The position numbers and the translations under genes are program-made. Below are positions 49,603 to 57,826 of a stretch of 64,000 bases of DNA, piece by piece. The notes beneath the pieces were generated by a model. It saw nothing but the letters and a program-made list of their open reading frames with translations. It was not told the origin of the DNA and ran no database searches. The stretch's first letter is position 1; every line of letters begins with the position of its first letter. The DNA is from a virus (Duplodnaviria > Caudoviricetes): positions 64,001 to 128,000 of the IMG/VR virus record IMGVR_UViG_3300012157_000001; one strand, 5' to 3'.

Positions 49603-49938
49603 CTACGCGGCGCGCTTGTCACGGAACGCGAGCGGCAGGTTCGACACGAGTCGGTAACCCGTCGGGCCGAGCGCGACGCCGGTCGTAGCGTCGCTGAGAT
49701 CCGGTTCCGTAAACGTGATGCACGGCACGCCGGCCACGCGAGCGCGTTGCGCGAGCGCGCAGAGCGCCGTTTCGTCGGGAACCTCCAGCAGCACGATGTT
49801 GTTCGATTCGTCGTGCCACCGGCGTGTCGCCTCCGGAAACGCTAACGCAAAGGCGAGAGCGGTGTGCGCCAACTGCGCGGCGCGCGCGCCGGGAGGAAGG
49901 TCAGAACGAACGACGACGTAAAGTTTTCCGTTTTCCAT
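49603..49938 (-). CDS. peptidyl-tRNA hydrolase, Pth2 family
   Basis: KLYVVVRSDLPPG..AAQLAH...IVLL...EPD...TGVALGP...LPL. Confidence 0.88.
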   Translation of the reverse strand: MENGKLYVVVRSDLPPGARAAQLAHTALAFALAFPEATRRWHDESNNIVLLEVPDETALCALAQRARVAGVPCITFTEPDLSDATTGVALGPTGYRLVSNLPLAFRDKRAA

Positions 49939-50019
49939 CGGCCGGTCACCGTGGTGCTGCCCCACGTCCCTTCCGGTTCATTAGGCCGGACGCTCTGCTG
50001 TTGAGCTAGTGACCGTTGG

Positions 50020-50058
50020 TCGGGGCGGCGTCATCCCGAGGGATGAGCAACCGCCCCG
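50020..50058. other. GC-rich stem-loop immediately 3' of the tRNA (minus strand)
   Basis: cggggcgg..tcatccc-ga-gggatga..ccgccccg. Confidence 0.5.
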
Positions 50059-50059
50059 G

Positions 50060-50134
50060 AGCGCCCCTGTGGAGTCGAACCACAGACCCCTCGGACCATT
50101 ACTCCGAGTGCTCTGACCACTGAGCTAGGGGCGC
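50060..50134 (-). tRNA. tRNA-like gene with enlarged anticodon arm; isotype undetermined
   Basis: acceptor GCGCCCC/GGGGCGC, D arm GCTC/GAGC, stem CTCGG/CCGAG around AGTAATGGT, T arm TGTGG-TTCGACT-CCACA; no encoded CCA. Confidence 0.85.
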
Positions 50135-50267
50135 GAAATGCGAAAAACCCGGTCGGGACGATTCCCGCCGGGTCTACGCTCGTGAAGCCCTCTAGGGGCT
50201 GACTGTCAATGGCACGAGCGAGTCACGGCCTGCATGGTGCGTCCTTCCGCCGAAGCTGTCAAGGCCG

Positions 50268-50834
50268 TCAGGTGAGCCACTGCCAGATCGCGCCGGCCCA
50301 GCCGGCGTACCCGGCGACTGTCGGCTGAAGCCCGTCCGGGCCCCGCGGCAGCGTCAGGGCCGTTGCGGTCGGGAAGTAGCGACGGGAAGGCTTCCCGCGC
50401 GCCCTGGCGCCCGCTGGGGCCGTCGGCGGCCCAAGCCACATGGCCTGGGCTCCCGAGCGCTGGATCGCCACCGCGAGTCCTTTCAGTGCCGCCGCCTGCT
50501 TGGCCTTGCCGATGAGGTCCGGAGCGATGATGTCCAGCGCCACAACGACGACCGTCGGACGAAAAGCCGCGAGCTTGCTGACGAGCTCCGGGCGCGCGGC
50601 CCACTCCTCGGTGCGGGGCGGCCTTGTGCCCTGCGGGGGGAGCGCCACGTCGAAGGCGATTCGTTGGTCGCGCGCGAGCGCACGCAAGGGGGGAGCGAGC
50701 CCATGCGCGAACGCGCCGCCGAGGAGCAGCAAGCGAGTCTTCGCTTCTACCTTTGGACCTGGACGGCCTAGCCGCCGTGCTCGCCCGATGCCGGCGGCAA
50801 CGCCGAGTCCCCCGTAAAGCCAGCGTCGGTCCAT
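50268..50834 (-). CDS. degenerate SGNH-hydrolase-like protein
   Basis: LLLGGAFAHGL, PTVVVVAL, MWLGPP, PDGLQPTVAGYAGWA; catalytic Ser and His appear replaced. Confidence 0.5.
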   Translation of the reverse strand: MDRRWLYGGLGVAAGIGRARRLGRPGPKVEAKTRLLLLGGAFAHGLAPPLRALARDQRIAFDVALPPQGTRPPRTEEWAARPELVSKLAAFRPTVVVVALDIIAPDLIGKAKQAAALKGLAVAIQRSGAQAMWLGPPTAPAGARARGKPSRRYFPTATALTLPRGPDGLQPTVAGYAGWAGAIWQWLT

Positions 50835-51062
50835 CGTCGGTTGACGCCGACGCTACCGCACCTCAGTCGGCCGCGGCAAATTGAGCGTCACCGGCGCTCT
50901 CGGGAGGTACGCTATCTGCCGGCCCGGCGATGCAGACGCTCAGCGTCGAGCCGCATGCGTGGTTGCGTAGTTCCAAGGTGCCCCCGAGCCCGTTGTCTTG
51001 GTAGCCGACAATCGGCAGGCTTTCCCATGCGACCACCTTCCCGCAGCACGTGCACGTCTTCG

Positions 51063-51458
51063 TCATCGTGAATCTTTCGTTGTAACCGACTCGATTAGGA
51101 CTAGCAAGGCCTCCGCCTGAACCGGCTGATCCTTGATGGCGTCGTGCAGCACCAGGGCCGCGTTTGGCGTCTCGTGCGCGCGCACGCCGCTGCCGAAGCT
51201 GTCGCGCTCGACCACGATCCGCGAGCCATTGTCCGGAGTCAGCTCGAACGTGTGACCACCCGCCGTGAGCAGCTCCACCGGTCTCAGGGCTGCCCGAATG
51301 GAAGACGGGAGTTCGTGGAGCACGTCCTCGTACTCTTCAAGCGCTTCGCGAATCAGCCAGAGCAGCGGCAGCTCACCGAGGGCAGCGCCGGCAATCGCCG
51401 CGAGGGCAGCGCGCCTATCGATCTCCGCTTGCGCTTCAGCAGCAGTCACTTTTCGCAT
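51063..51458 (-). CDS. hypothetical protein with N-terminal tag (DRRAALAAIAG)
   Basis: packing. Confidence 0.6.
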   Translation of the reverse strand: MRKVTAAEAQAEIDRRAALAAIAGAALGELPLLWLIREALEEYEDVLHELPSSIRAALRPVELLTAGGHTFELTPDNGSRIVVERDSFGSGVRAHETPNAALVLHDAIKDQPVQAEALLVLIESVTTKDSR

Positions 51459-51757
51459 TCCCGAGCGAGTGCGCCGAGGATGGCGTAAGGATCTGCGCTG
51501 CCTCGCTGCACACGCTCCGTGAGCACACGGACAGCACCTTCGAGACTCAGACCGCCGAGCGGCGTGCCGCGCGCAGCTTCTTTTGGATCGACCCACAAGT
51601 TAAAGTCGATAAGTACGTTCGGGCGCCGTTGCAGTTCCCGCGGCGGCAGACCGCGACAGTGTCGGCAGTACCGTTCAAGCGCCGCCTCGAACGTCTTCTC
51701 CCAACCGCCGAGCGCCCCGAATGCGACCTCGCGTTCGACTTCGTCCGAGGCGCTCAC
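51446..51757 (-). CDS. hypothetical protein with N-terminal tag (EREVAFGALGG)
   Basis: GTGA overlap; GGAAGG RBS. Confidence 0.65.
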   Translation of the reverse strand: MSASDEVEREVAFGALGGWEKTFEAALERYCRHCRGLPPRELQRRPNVLIDFNLWVDPKEAARGTPLGGLSLEGAVRVLTERVQRGSADPYAILGALARECEK

Positions 51758-52185
51758 CCGCCTTCCTTCCAGGCGCGCACGCACCGCCTAACAGCATCTG
51801 CCACGTCGTCGGGAATGCGGAAGAAACCGAGTGCGCCTTTGCATGGGAGTGGCTCCGGCAGCGCAATGACATCCGCCAACGTCAGAGCGCCAGGGCCAAC
51901 GAAGTAGGGCGAGTCGTGCTCTTCGACAAAACCCGTGATCGTCATCGCGCCGACGATCGCGCCGCGCGGCAGCTCGCCGAGCGGAGGCACCCGCAGGCCA
52001 GCCACCTCCAGAATGAACGCCGCGGCGTCCTGGTACTCCCGCTTGCCGCAGCCGGACGAGGCGTGCAGCAGCACACGTCCCCGGAACAGTCGATTCGGGT
52101 TGTCCGGCTGCCAATCTCTGTTCTCGACGGGCTTGCCGTTCAGAATGGCGAAGGCCCATGGTTGCCGGACCGACAGGCCTCTCAC
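51754..52185 (-). CDS. ASCH domain protein
   Basis: LSVRQPWA..I..GKPVENRDW...RG.VLLHAS...GAIVG...KGALGFF. Confidence 0.9.
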   Translation of the reverse strand: MRGLSVRQPWAFAILNGKPVENRDWQPDNPNRLFRGRVLLHASSGCGKREYQDAAAFILEVAGLRVPPLGELPRGAIVGAMTITGFVEEHDSPYFVGPGALTLADVIALPEPLPCKGALGFFRIPDDVADAVRRCVRAWKEGG

Positions 52186-52493
52186 GTCCCGCGCTCCACC
52201 GACCGGCGTCGCAATTTCCGCGCGATACGGATCCCGCGCAGAGCCGCGAGCAGTCGGCGTGCATCATCTCCGCTTTCCACGGCCGTGGACAGGCTGCCGG
52301 CGCGCACTAAGTACGCCACGCGCAGGCAGCCTGTACCCTCGCTCAGCGATTCGCCGGAGAGTGCCGCCATCGCGCGTTGACGATCGATCTCCCGAAACGC
52401 TTCCGGGTGCGCATGGAATGCGAGGTGACCCTCGTCGTCCATCTCGACAACATGCATCTCGTCGCCGCATCGGACGCGGTACCTGCGACTCAC
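52182..52493 (-). CDS. hypothetical protein with internal tag (DRQRAMAALSGE)
   Basis: GTGA overlap; GGAGGAG RBS. Confidence 0.65.
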   Translation of the reverse strand: MSRRYRVRCGDEMHVVEMDDEGHLAFHAHPEAFREIDRQRAMAALSGESLSEGTGCLRVAYLVRAGSLSTAVESGDDARRLLAALRGIRIARKLRRRSVERGT

Positions 52494-52762
52494 GGCTCCT
52501 CCGAATACCAAGGCTTCGGTCGGGGGGCCCACGCACAGTCGCACCAGAGACGCCGTTTGCACTCGCCCACGTCGTAGTCGCAGATGAGACTGTCTGCCTC
52601 GGCGTTGGGAAGGCAGTAGACGAGCGAGCGACCTAGCACGGGTCGTTCGCACGCCTGCATCGAGTCGTCTTCAACGAAGACGTCCCAGAGCCGCGCGTGG
52701 TGCGTCTCCCAGGCCACGAGCGCCAGGCCGACGGCTGCCGAGATGAACGCGATGCGCCTCAT
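52490..52762 (-). CDS. small secreted or membrane Cys-rich protein
   Basis: hydrophobic N-terminus; six Cys. Confidence 0.55.
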   Translation of the reverse strand: MRRIAFISAAVGLALVAWETHHARLWDVFVEDDSMQACERPVLGRSLVYCLPNAEADSLICDYDVGECKRRLWCDCAWAPRPKPWYSEEP

Positions 52763-54120
52763 GCAGCCTTTTCCTTCGGATCGCGAATCTTGAGCACACG
52801 CTTCGCGTATCGCGGCGGCGGGTAGTGCTCCTCCACACCCGAGTCTGGATTCAAGATTCCGATCACCAGCTGGCAGCCACGCGGCGGATCTGCGGGCCAC
52901 GGCGTGTAGCCATCCGTGAGTACGATGATGACGTTCGCGCGAAGCTTTTGCGCCGCCTCGATGCCGATACCCATATCGGTCCCGCCGCCACCGGCAAGCT
53001 CGACGTCGAACGCATTCGAGACACGCTGAACGCCGCCGTGAACCGCCGCGTCGCAGCAGAGCACCGGCACACGCCGCTGTCCGACCGCACGCAGGATGCC
53101 CTTGATTTCGATCAGTGCCCTGGCGAGCATGAGCTCACCCATCGATCCAGACGTGTCTACGACCACGGCCGCGTCCGGATTCGGCCGAACAAGCGCTGGC
53201 ATGAGCACGCCATGGAAGTTGCCGCGGCGAGCGATCTTCGCATACGAGTAGTCGCACATGCCCCGCGCCATCGTGACGGCGTTCTTCACGAGCGCCGAGA
53301 GCTCACGCTCCCAGGGCACCACCGGCGGTTCGAGCAGCGCCTCGGCCCAGCGCTTCCAGCCGGCGGGCACGTTGCCGCGCGCCGCGGCTGCCTGAATCTC
53401 GCGTGCTACCTGCTGGCGCAGCAGATCGCCCTCGGCTTCGCCAATGCCTGGCTCCTTAGTCGCACCGCCCGGCGCCGGGAGCTCGTACTCGCGCGGCACG
53501 CCGTGCGCACCGCTGCCGCAGTCGCACTTGTCCGGCATCGTGCCGCCGCCGCCTTTGCCGGATTTGCCCTTGCTGCCCAGAGCTCCCTTGCTACCACCGC
53601 CGCCTCCCGACGGCGGCGGCGGGTTCTTCAGGAGCATCTGATAGTACTCCTCCCAGAGCCGCCCCTCAGGATAACCGTACTTGTGCGGCATCGGCGGATC
53701 GCCCGGCAGCGGCATGCCCTCGTTCTTGAGGTCGTCGTTCAGCTCGCAGTCTTCCGCTACGTTGACCAGATGGCGCGTCTGCTCCTGCTGTTCGAGCGGC
53801 GCCGCACACAACACCATGTCGGCGCGTTCATGGTGCTTTCTGAGCCAGTGTCCAATTTCGTGCACGAGCACGCTCGCCGCCTCCTCGACGGACCATTTGT
53901 CCTGCGGCACACCCGTGCCGATGTGGATCCTGTTCGGATCGATGTAAACCCGGCCGTACTTGTCCACGGCCATAGTGAGCGGCATGAGGATGCCGCCGCC
54001 AAGATCGACCATCGTATTGGGGCGCGGCACGAGATGCATCGCGAAGAGCGCCGTCGCGAAGTACGGTCGCTTGTGCGCCGCAAGGAAGCGAACCGTTGCG
54101 ATCTTCGTCTTGTCGTCCAT
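52759..54120 (-). CDS. DUF2201-type metallopeptidase + vWA domain protein
   Basis: HEIGHWLRKH; MIDAS DTSGSM; GGGTDM; LTDGYTPWP. Confidence 0.92.
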   Translation of the reverse strand: MDDKTKIATVRFLAAHKRPYFATALFAMHLVPRPNTMVDLGGGILMPLTMAVDKYGRVYIDPNRIHIGTGVPQDKWSVEEAASVLVHEIGHWLRKHHERADMVLCAAPLEQQEQTRHLVNVAEDCELNDDLKNEGMPLPGDPPMPHKYGYPEGRLWEEYYQMLLKNPPPPSGGGGGSKGALGSKGKSGKGGGGTMPDKCDCGSGAHGVPREYELPAPGGATKEPGIGEAEGDLLRQQVAREIQAAAARGNVPAGWKRWAEALLEPPVVPWERELSALVKNAVTMARGMCDYSYAKIARRGNFHGVLMPALVRPNPDAAVVVDTSGSMGELMLARALIEIKGILRAVGQRRVPVLCCDAAVHGGVQRVSNAFDVELAGGGGTDMGIGIEAAQKLRANVIIVLTDGYTPWPADPPRGCQLVIGILNPDSGVEEHYPPPRYAKRVLKIRDPKEKAA

Positions 54121-54122
54121 GT

Positions 54123-54335
54123 TCAGTTTAGCCTCTGTTGGGGGTCCGGCTGCACGAGTGCCTTGATGAGCTTCCTTTGTGACTCGATCAGCTGCATGTC
54201 CGCCTCTCGCGCGCGCTTGTAGGTGGCGACACTTCTCCGGTACGACTCTATCGTTTTCCCGTAGCTCCGTCGGACGACAAGGGTGAGGATCAGCGACGCG
54301 ACTGCGACCGCAAGCGTGAATAGATTGAGCAGCAT
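54123..54335 (-). CDS. small membrane protein
   Basis: N-terminal TM; GAGG RBS. Confidence 0.55.
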   Translation of the reverse strand: MLLNLFTLAVAVASLILTLVVRRSYGKTIESYRRSVATYKRAREADMQLIESQRKLIKALVQPDPQQRLN

Positions 54336-54353
54336 TAGCCTCTCGTTCTTACG

Positions 54354-54818
54354 TCAGAGCCAGCGGCTCGCTTCCTCGCAGAGCTCGTAGCAGCGCTTCC
54401 TGGCGCGCTCGATCCCGAGCACGATCCGCAGCGCGACATCGACGTCGGTTCCGGCGCGGTGCGCAAGTTCCTTTGCCGCGAGGCCAGCGTCCATGTGGCG
54501 TCGAGAAGCGCCGCGCGCCGGATGAATCGTCACCAGCGGCGTAGGCTTTGTGTCGAAGGTGCCGTCCGGGTACGCGCTCTTCAGCGCCAGATGGATGTGG
54601 ACAGTCGCGCCGCGCCGGAGCGCGACTCGGATGTAGTCGCGCCCGGCCTTGCTCCTGCGGAGATCCCGCACCGCTTCGATGAGCCCACACTTTCCGAGCG
54701 AGAGGCGCACGTCCCGGTAGTTGCCGAGCCCCTTACGGAGGAGGGCCTCCACTGGCTCGCTACCGGTGCCGCCGCTCAGCGCGGCTACCGCAACTTCTCG
54801 TCGTAGATTCGCCTTCAT
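54354..54818 (-). CDS. hypothetical protein with N-terminal tag (RREVAVAALSGG)
   Basis: ATGA overlap; GAGGAG RBS. Confidence 0.65.
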   Translation of the reverse strand: MKANLRREVAVAALSGGTGSEPVEALLRKGLGNYRDVRLSLGKCGLIEAVRDLRRSKAGRDYIRVALRRGATVHIHLALKSAYPDGTFDTKPTPLVTIHPARGASRRHMDAGLAAKELAHRAGTDVDVALRIVLGIERARKRCYELCEEASRWL

Positions 54819-55081
54819 CCTGAGAACTCCTCGTCCGGGCGCACCAGTTCGTTCCGGTCCTGCTCAAACGTCTCTGCCGTTGGGCCGTCGAGCACGATCA
54901 CCAAGGCGTCGCGCCGAGCATGAAAGAGAATGCCCGTAGGACGGCGCACCACGCGGCCCGGAGTCCGAAGGCCGACGCTGTCGATGCTCAGGCCTATCTG
55001 GACTTCCTTCGGTGCGAGTCCACGTGCCTCACAGAACCGAAGGAGGTCCAGCAGCGTCAGCCTTTTGCCGTCCAATCGCAT
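54815..55081 (-). CDS. hypothetical protein
   Basis: TGATG coupling to the MoxR gene. Confidence 0.55.
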   Translation of the reverse strand: MRLDGKRLTLLDLLRFCEARGLAPKEVQIGLSIDSVGLRTPGRVVRRPTGILFHARRDALVIVLDGPTAETFEQDRNELVRPDEEFSG

Positions 55082-56253
55082 CAGATGATCCCTGCCGCTT
55101 TCAGAATCGGCACGAACGCCGAGACCTCCTTCGGCAGCTTGGTGTCGCCCGGTCGGTTCTGCGCGAGCAGCCGCGCGCTCGACGCAGCAACGTCCGGACG
55201 CTGCTGCGTCGTTGCCTTCGCGAGCACGGCCCAGCCCGCGTTCCACCGCTTCGGTGTGTTGTTCGCGAGAACGACCGCAACCACGGCCGTGAGCACGGCG
55301 AACGCGCGGTCTCCACGCTCCGGCAGCTTGAGCGACTCCGGGTTCGCCAGCACCACCTCCGGGTCCGGTAGGTCGAGCTCGCTGATGTACTGAACGAACT
55401 CCAAACCAGCTCCGGGGCCTACGCAGCCGCCAACGCACTGCACGAGCACGTCGTGCGGGAGCGCGCCCCTCGTGTCGCCGACGCCGTAGCCGATCGCCTT
55501 GCACGCGGCGATGAGACGCTCCGCCATCGTCCACGACCGAAACGTCGGAAACGGCTTCGACCGCAGCGCGGCTTCGTCGGGCATCTTGACGATCGCATCC
55601 GGCCGAGCGTTTGCGAATGCGGCCACCATGGTCCGCGCCCATGGCAGGTTCTTCTCCCACTCCTTCGGCAGCTCGGCGCCGCAATCCGGATCCGGGAACC
55701 CGGCGATGTGCTGCTGGTTCCAGTACGCGACGGGCATCTCCCATCCGAGCTGGCAGAACCGGTTCGAGAGCGGCGCCGAGAGCTCGTAGCCGCTCTCAGC
55801 GATCTCCGGCGGGTTCATCGCAACGACCGTGGCGAGGTTCTTGATCTCCACCTCTCCCCACACACCGTCGGTCACACCGCGCATCGTTGCCGACCGCGTA
55901 GCCGGCGCGCCGTTCGAGAACTCGTCGAGGAACAGGCCGGGGCGCTTCGCCCTTGCGAGACGTCGGAGCCAGCGGAGCGGCACCATGTCCACGCAGCGGC
56001 CGTCCTCTGACCGGCGCTCGATCACGTGACCGTCCTTCCCCGTCTCCGCAACGGGAACGTCCGGAACGGGAAACCCGCCGTACTCCGTCGGCTCATGCAA
56101 CGCGACGATCGAGAGCGCATGGTCGTCGCACCATCTCTTGAACAGCGTCCGCACGATCGCTGTCTTCGCCTCTCCCACGCCGCCCTCTAAGAGCGCCGGG
56201 ACTTGGGTCTGGATGCAGAGTGACAGCGCCTTGATCTTGGACTCGAAGTTCAT
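55081..56253 (-). CDS. MoxR-family AAA+ ATPase
   Basis: Walker A GGVGEAKT, Walker B LFLDE, AMNPP, PLSNRF, PTFRSW. Confidence 0.92.
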   Translation of the reverse strand: MNFESKIKALSLCIQTQVPALLEGGVGEAKTAIVRTLFKRWCDDHALSIVALHEPTEYGGFPVPDVPVAETGKDGHVIERRSEDGRCVDMVPLRWLRRLARAKRPGLFLDEFSNGAPATRSATMRGVTDGVWGEVEIKNLATVVAMNPPEIAESGYELSAPLSNRFCQLGWEMPVAYWNQQHIAGFPDPDCGAELPKEWEKNLPWARTMVAAFANARPDAIVKMPDEAALRSKPFPTFRSWTMAERLIAACKAIGYGVGDTRGALPHDVLVQCVGGCVGPGAGLEFVQYISELDLPDPEVVLANPESLKLPERGDRAFAVLTAVVAVVLANNTPKRWNAGWAVLAKATTQQRPDVAASSARLLAQNRPGDTKLPKEVSAFVPILKAAGII

Positions 56254-56281
56254 CGTCGTCGGTTCCCTTTCTTTATCAGAC

Positions 56282-56317
56282 GGCAGCAGTGCTGCCAGAG
56301 TTTTCGCCGCGCAGCAA
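56282..56317 (-). promoter_or_regulatory. recurrent promoter with overlapping palindrome
   Basis: TTGCTG-N17(ending TGG)-CAGCAC; GGCAGCA-n-TGCTGCC inverted repeat over the -10. Confidence 0.5.
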
Positions 56318-56707
56318 GCCCATCGCGAGATCCAGCACTTCCGCGCCCGGATCGCCCAGCACCCGCCAGACCACCAGGGCCACCGGGCGGCTCGGCCTCC
56401 GCGACCAGTCCCGGATGTCCGCCGCCGCCTCGGCCAGTTCCTCGGCCGATAGGCCGTGACGCGCCGCGGCCGCTGCGATGCGTTCCGCGTCTACGCTCGG
56501 CCTAGTTTCTAGGTCGCCCTTCCGGAGCGCCCGGTCGATTGCTGCCAGTGCTGCCATGCTAGCCATTCCTTCCTACGCCCGCGCCGTACCGAACCTTCCC
56601 CGGTGGGTAACGCAGGTTAGACGTAGCGACCGGTCCGTTTATTCAGTAGCGCCAGTGGTAGCAGTGCAGCCACTCCCGCATGGGGGCACCGGTCCGCGGT
56701 GATTGGT

Positions 56708-57826
56708 TCACAGGCTCGTCTGACAAGGTCCCGCTGTACCGGCCGTGCCGCCCGCCGTTCCGACCGCGGCGCCGCCAGGCCCTCCCGCGGCGCCGGTGAT
56801 CACGGTGCAGTAATTATTGTTGATGTCCCAGAGCACAATGAGGCCCCCGTCGCCACCGTTTCCCCCGTCGCCACCGTTGAGGGATCCGGTCCCGCCGACA
56901 CCGCCTCTTCCGCCACTTGCATTGATCCAATTCACCCCTGGGGCTGATCCGAGAAGCTCTTCGTACACGATAAGGATGACACCGCCACCGCCACCGCCAC
57001 CCGCGCCGCCGCCACCCTTGGATCCGGCGCTCGCGTTGCCTCCCGCACCGCCTATTTGGCCTCCAGCAAAGATCGTGTCCGCGATAGTCAGAGGGCCTCT
57101 CTTGATCTTCCTCGCGAAGATTGCGATCGTAAATCCAGCGGCGCCCCCCGCTCCCGCTCCGGCGCCGCTTGCACCGTCCCCGCCGCCGCCGCCACCTCCG
57201 GCGCCGCCAGCACCAGGACGGCCGGCGACTGCTCGCACGGCAGTACCGGTAACGTAGTTTCGAAAGAGGTTCGCGACGACGTGATCGAGTCTCGGTCGCG
57301 CGAGGCACACTCCTCCCGCGCGGGCGATGCCTCCGATGCCGGAGCTCCCGTCTCCGCCCTTACCGCTCGCACCTCCGTTTCCCCCTAACCCTGTGTTCTG
57401 GTTTGCCGGAGCCACTGCTTGCACGCCAGCGGCGATGCCGCCGGCACCGCCCGTGCTCCCGCCGCCTCCTCCACCGGCCGTGTTACCGTCTACGTCGGGA
57501 CGGCCCGCTGGGGCTATGCCGCCAGCGCCGCCCGCAGCTCCGGCAGGTGCGGGGGACGCTGCGGGGGTGTTTTGGATGGTGCCAGGTATCACCCCGGCTT
57601 GTGATAGGTCGAGCGTGTCGTTCACGTAGAGGTTGTAGGTGACCATCACGATCTGACTGCCGCCGGGTACCTTCGTGACGTTTCGCCAGAACTCGTCTCC
57701 CCCTAAGTTGTGGTTCGAGCCGGTACTGACGACGAGGTTACCGCTATTGCCGCTCCCGAAGATCATGCTTCGAAAGCAGTTTGGGACCAGGTTCCCTTCG
57801 ATCTGAACGTCGCGGATGATGTTCAT
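56708..57826 (-). CDS. glycine-rich protein, probably virion-associated (paralog of 57823..58932)
   Basis: GGxGG repeats; LYVNDTLDLS, IVYEELLGS. Confidence 0.75.
   Translation of the reverse strand: MNIIRDVQIEGNLVPNCFRSMIFGSGNSGNLVVSTGSNHNLGGDEFWRNVTKVPGGSQIVMVTYNLYVNDTLDLSQAGVIPGTIQNTPAASPAPAGAAGGAGGIAPAGRPDVDGNTAGGGGGGSTGGAGGIAAGVQAVAPANQNTGLGGNGGASGKGGDGSSGIGGIARAGGVCLARPRLDHVVANLFRNYVTGTAVRAVAGRPGAGGAGGGGGGGDGASGAGAGAGGAAGFTIAIFARKIKRGPLTIADTIFAGGQIGGAGGNASAGSKGGGGAGGGGGGGVILIVYEELLGSAPGVNWINASGGRGGVGGTGSLNGGDGGNGGDGGLIVLWDINNNYCTVITGAAGGPGGAAVGTAGGTAGTAGPCQTSL

Noticed and set aside
50060-50134. Ordinary tRNA-Ile(AAU)
   Set aside because: Needs a 6-bp stem, G32 and G37, and has a U discriminator; these do not fit Ile identity, so the isotype is left unassigned.
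52825-54222. 465-aa plus-strand ORF
   Set aside because: Antisense to the well-supported vWA gene; low-information Arg/Ala sequence.
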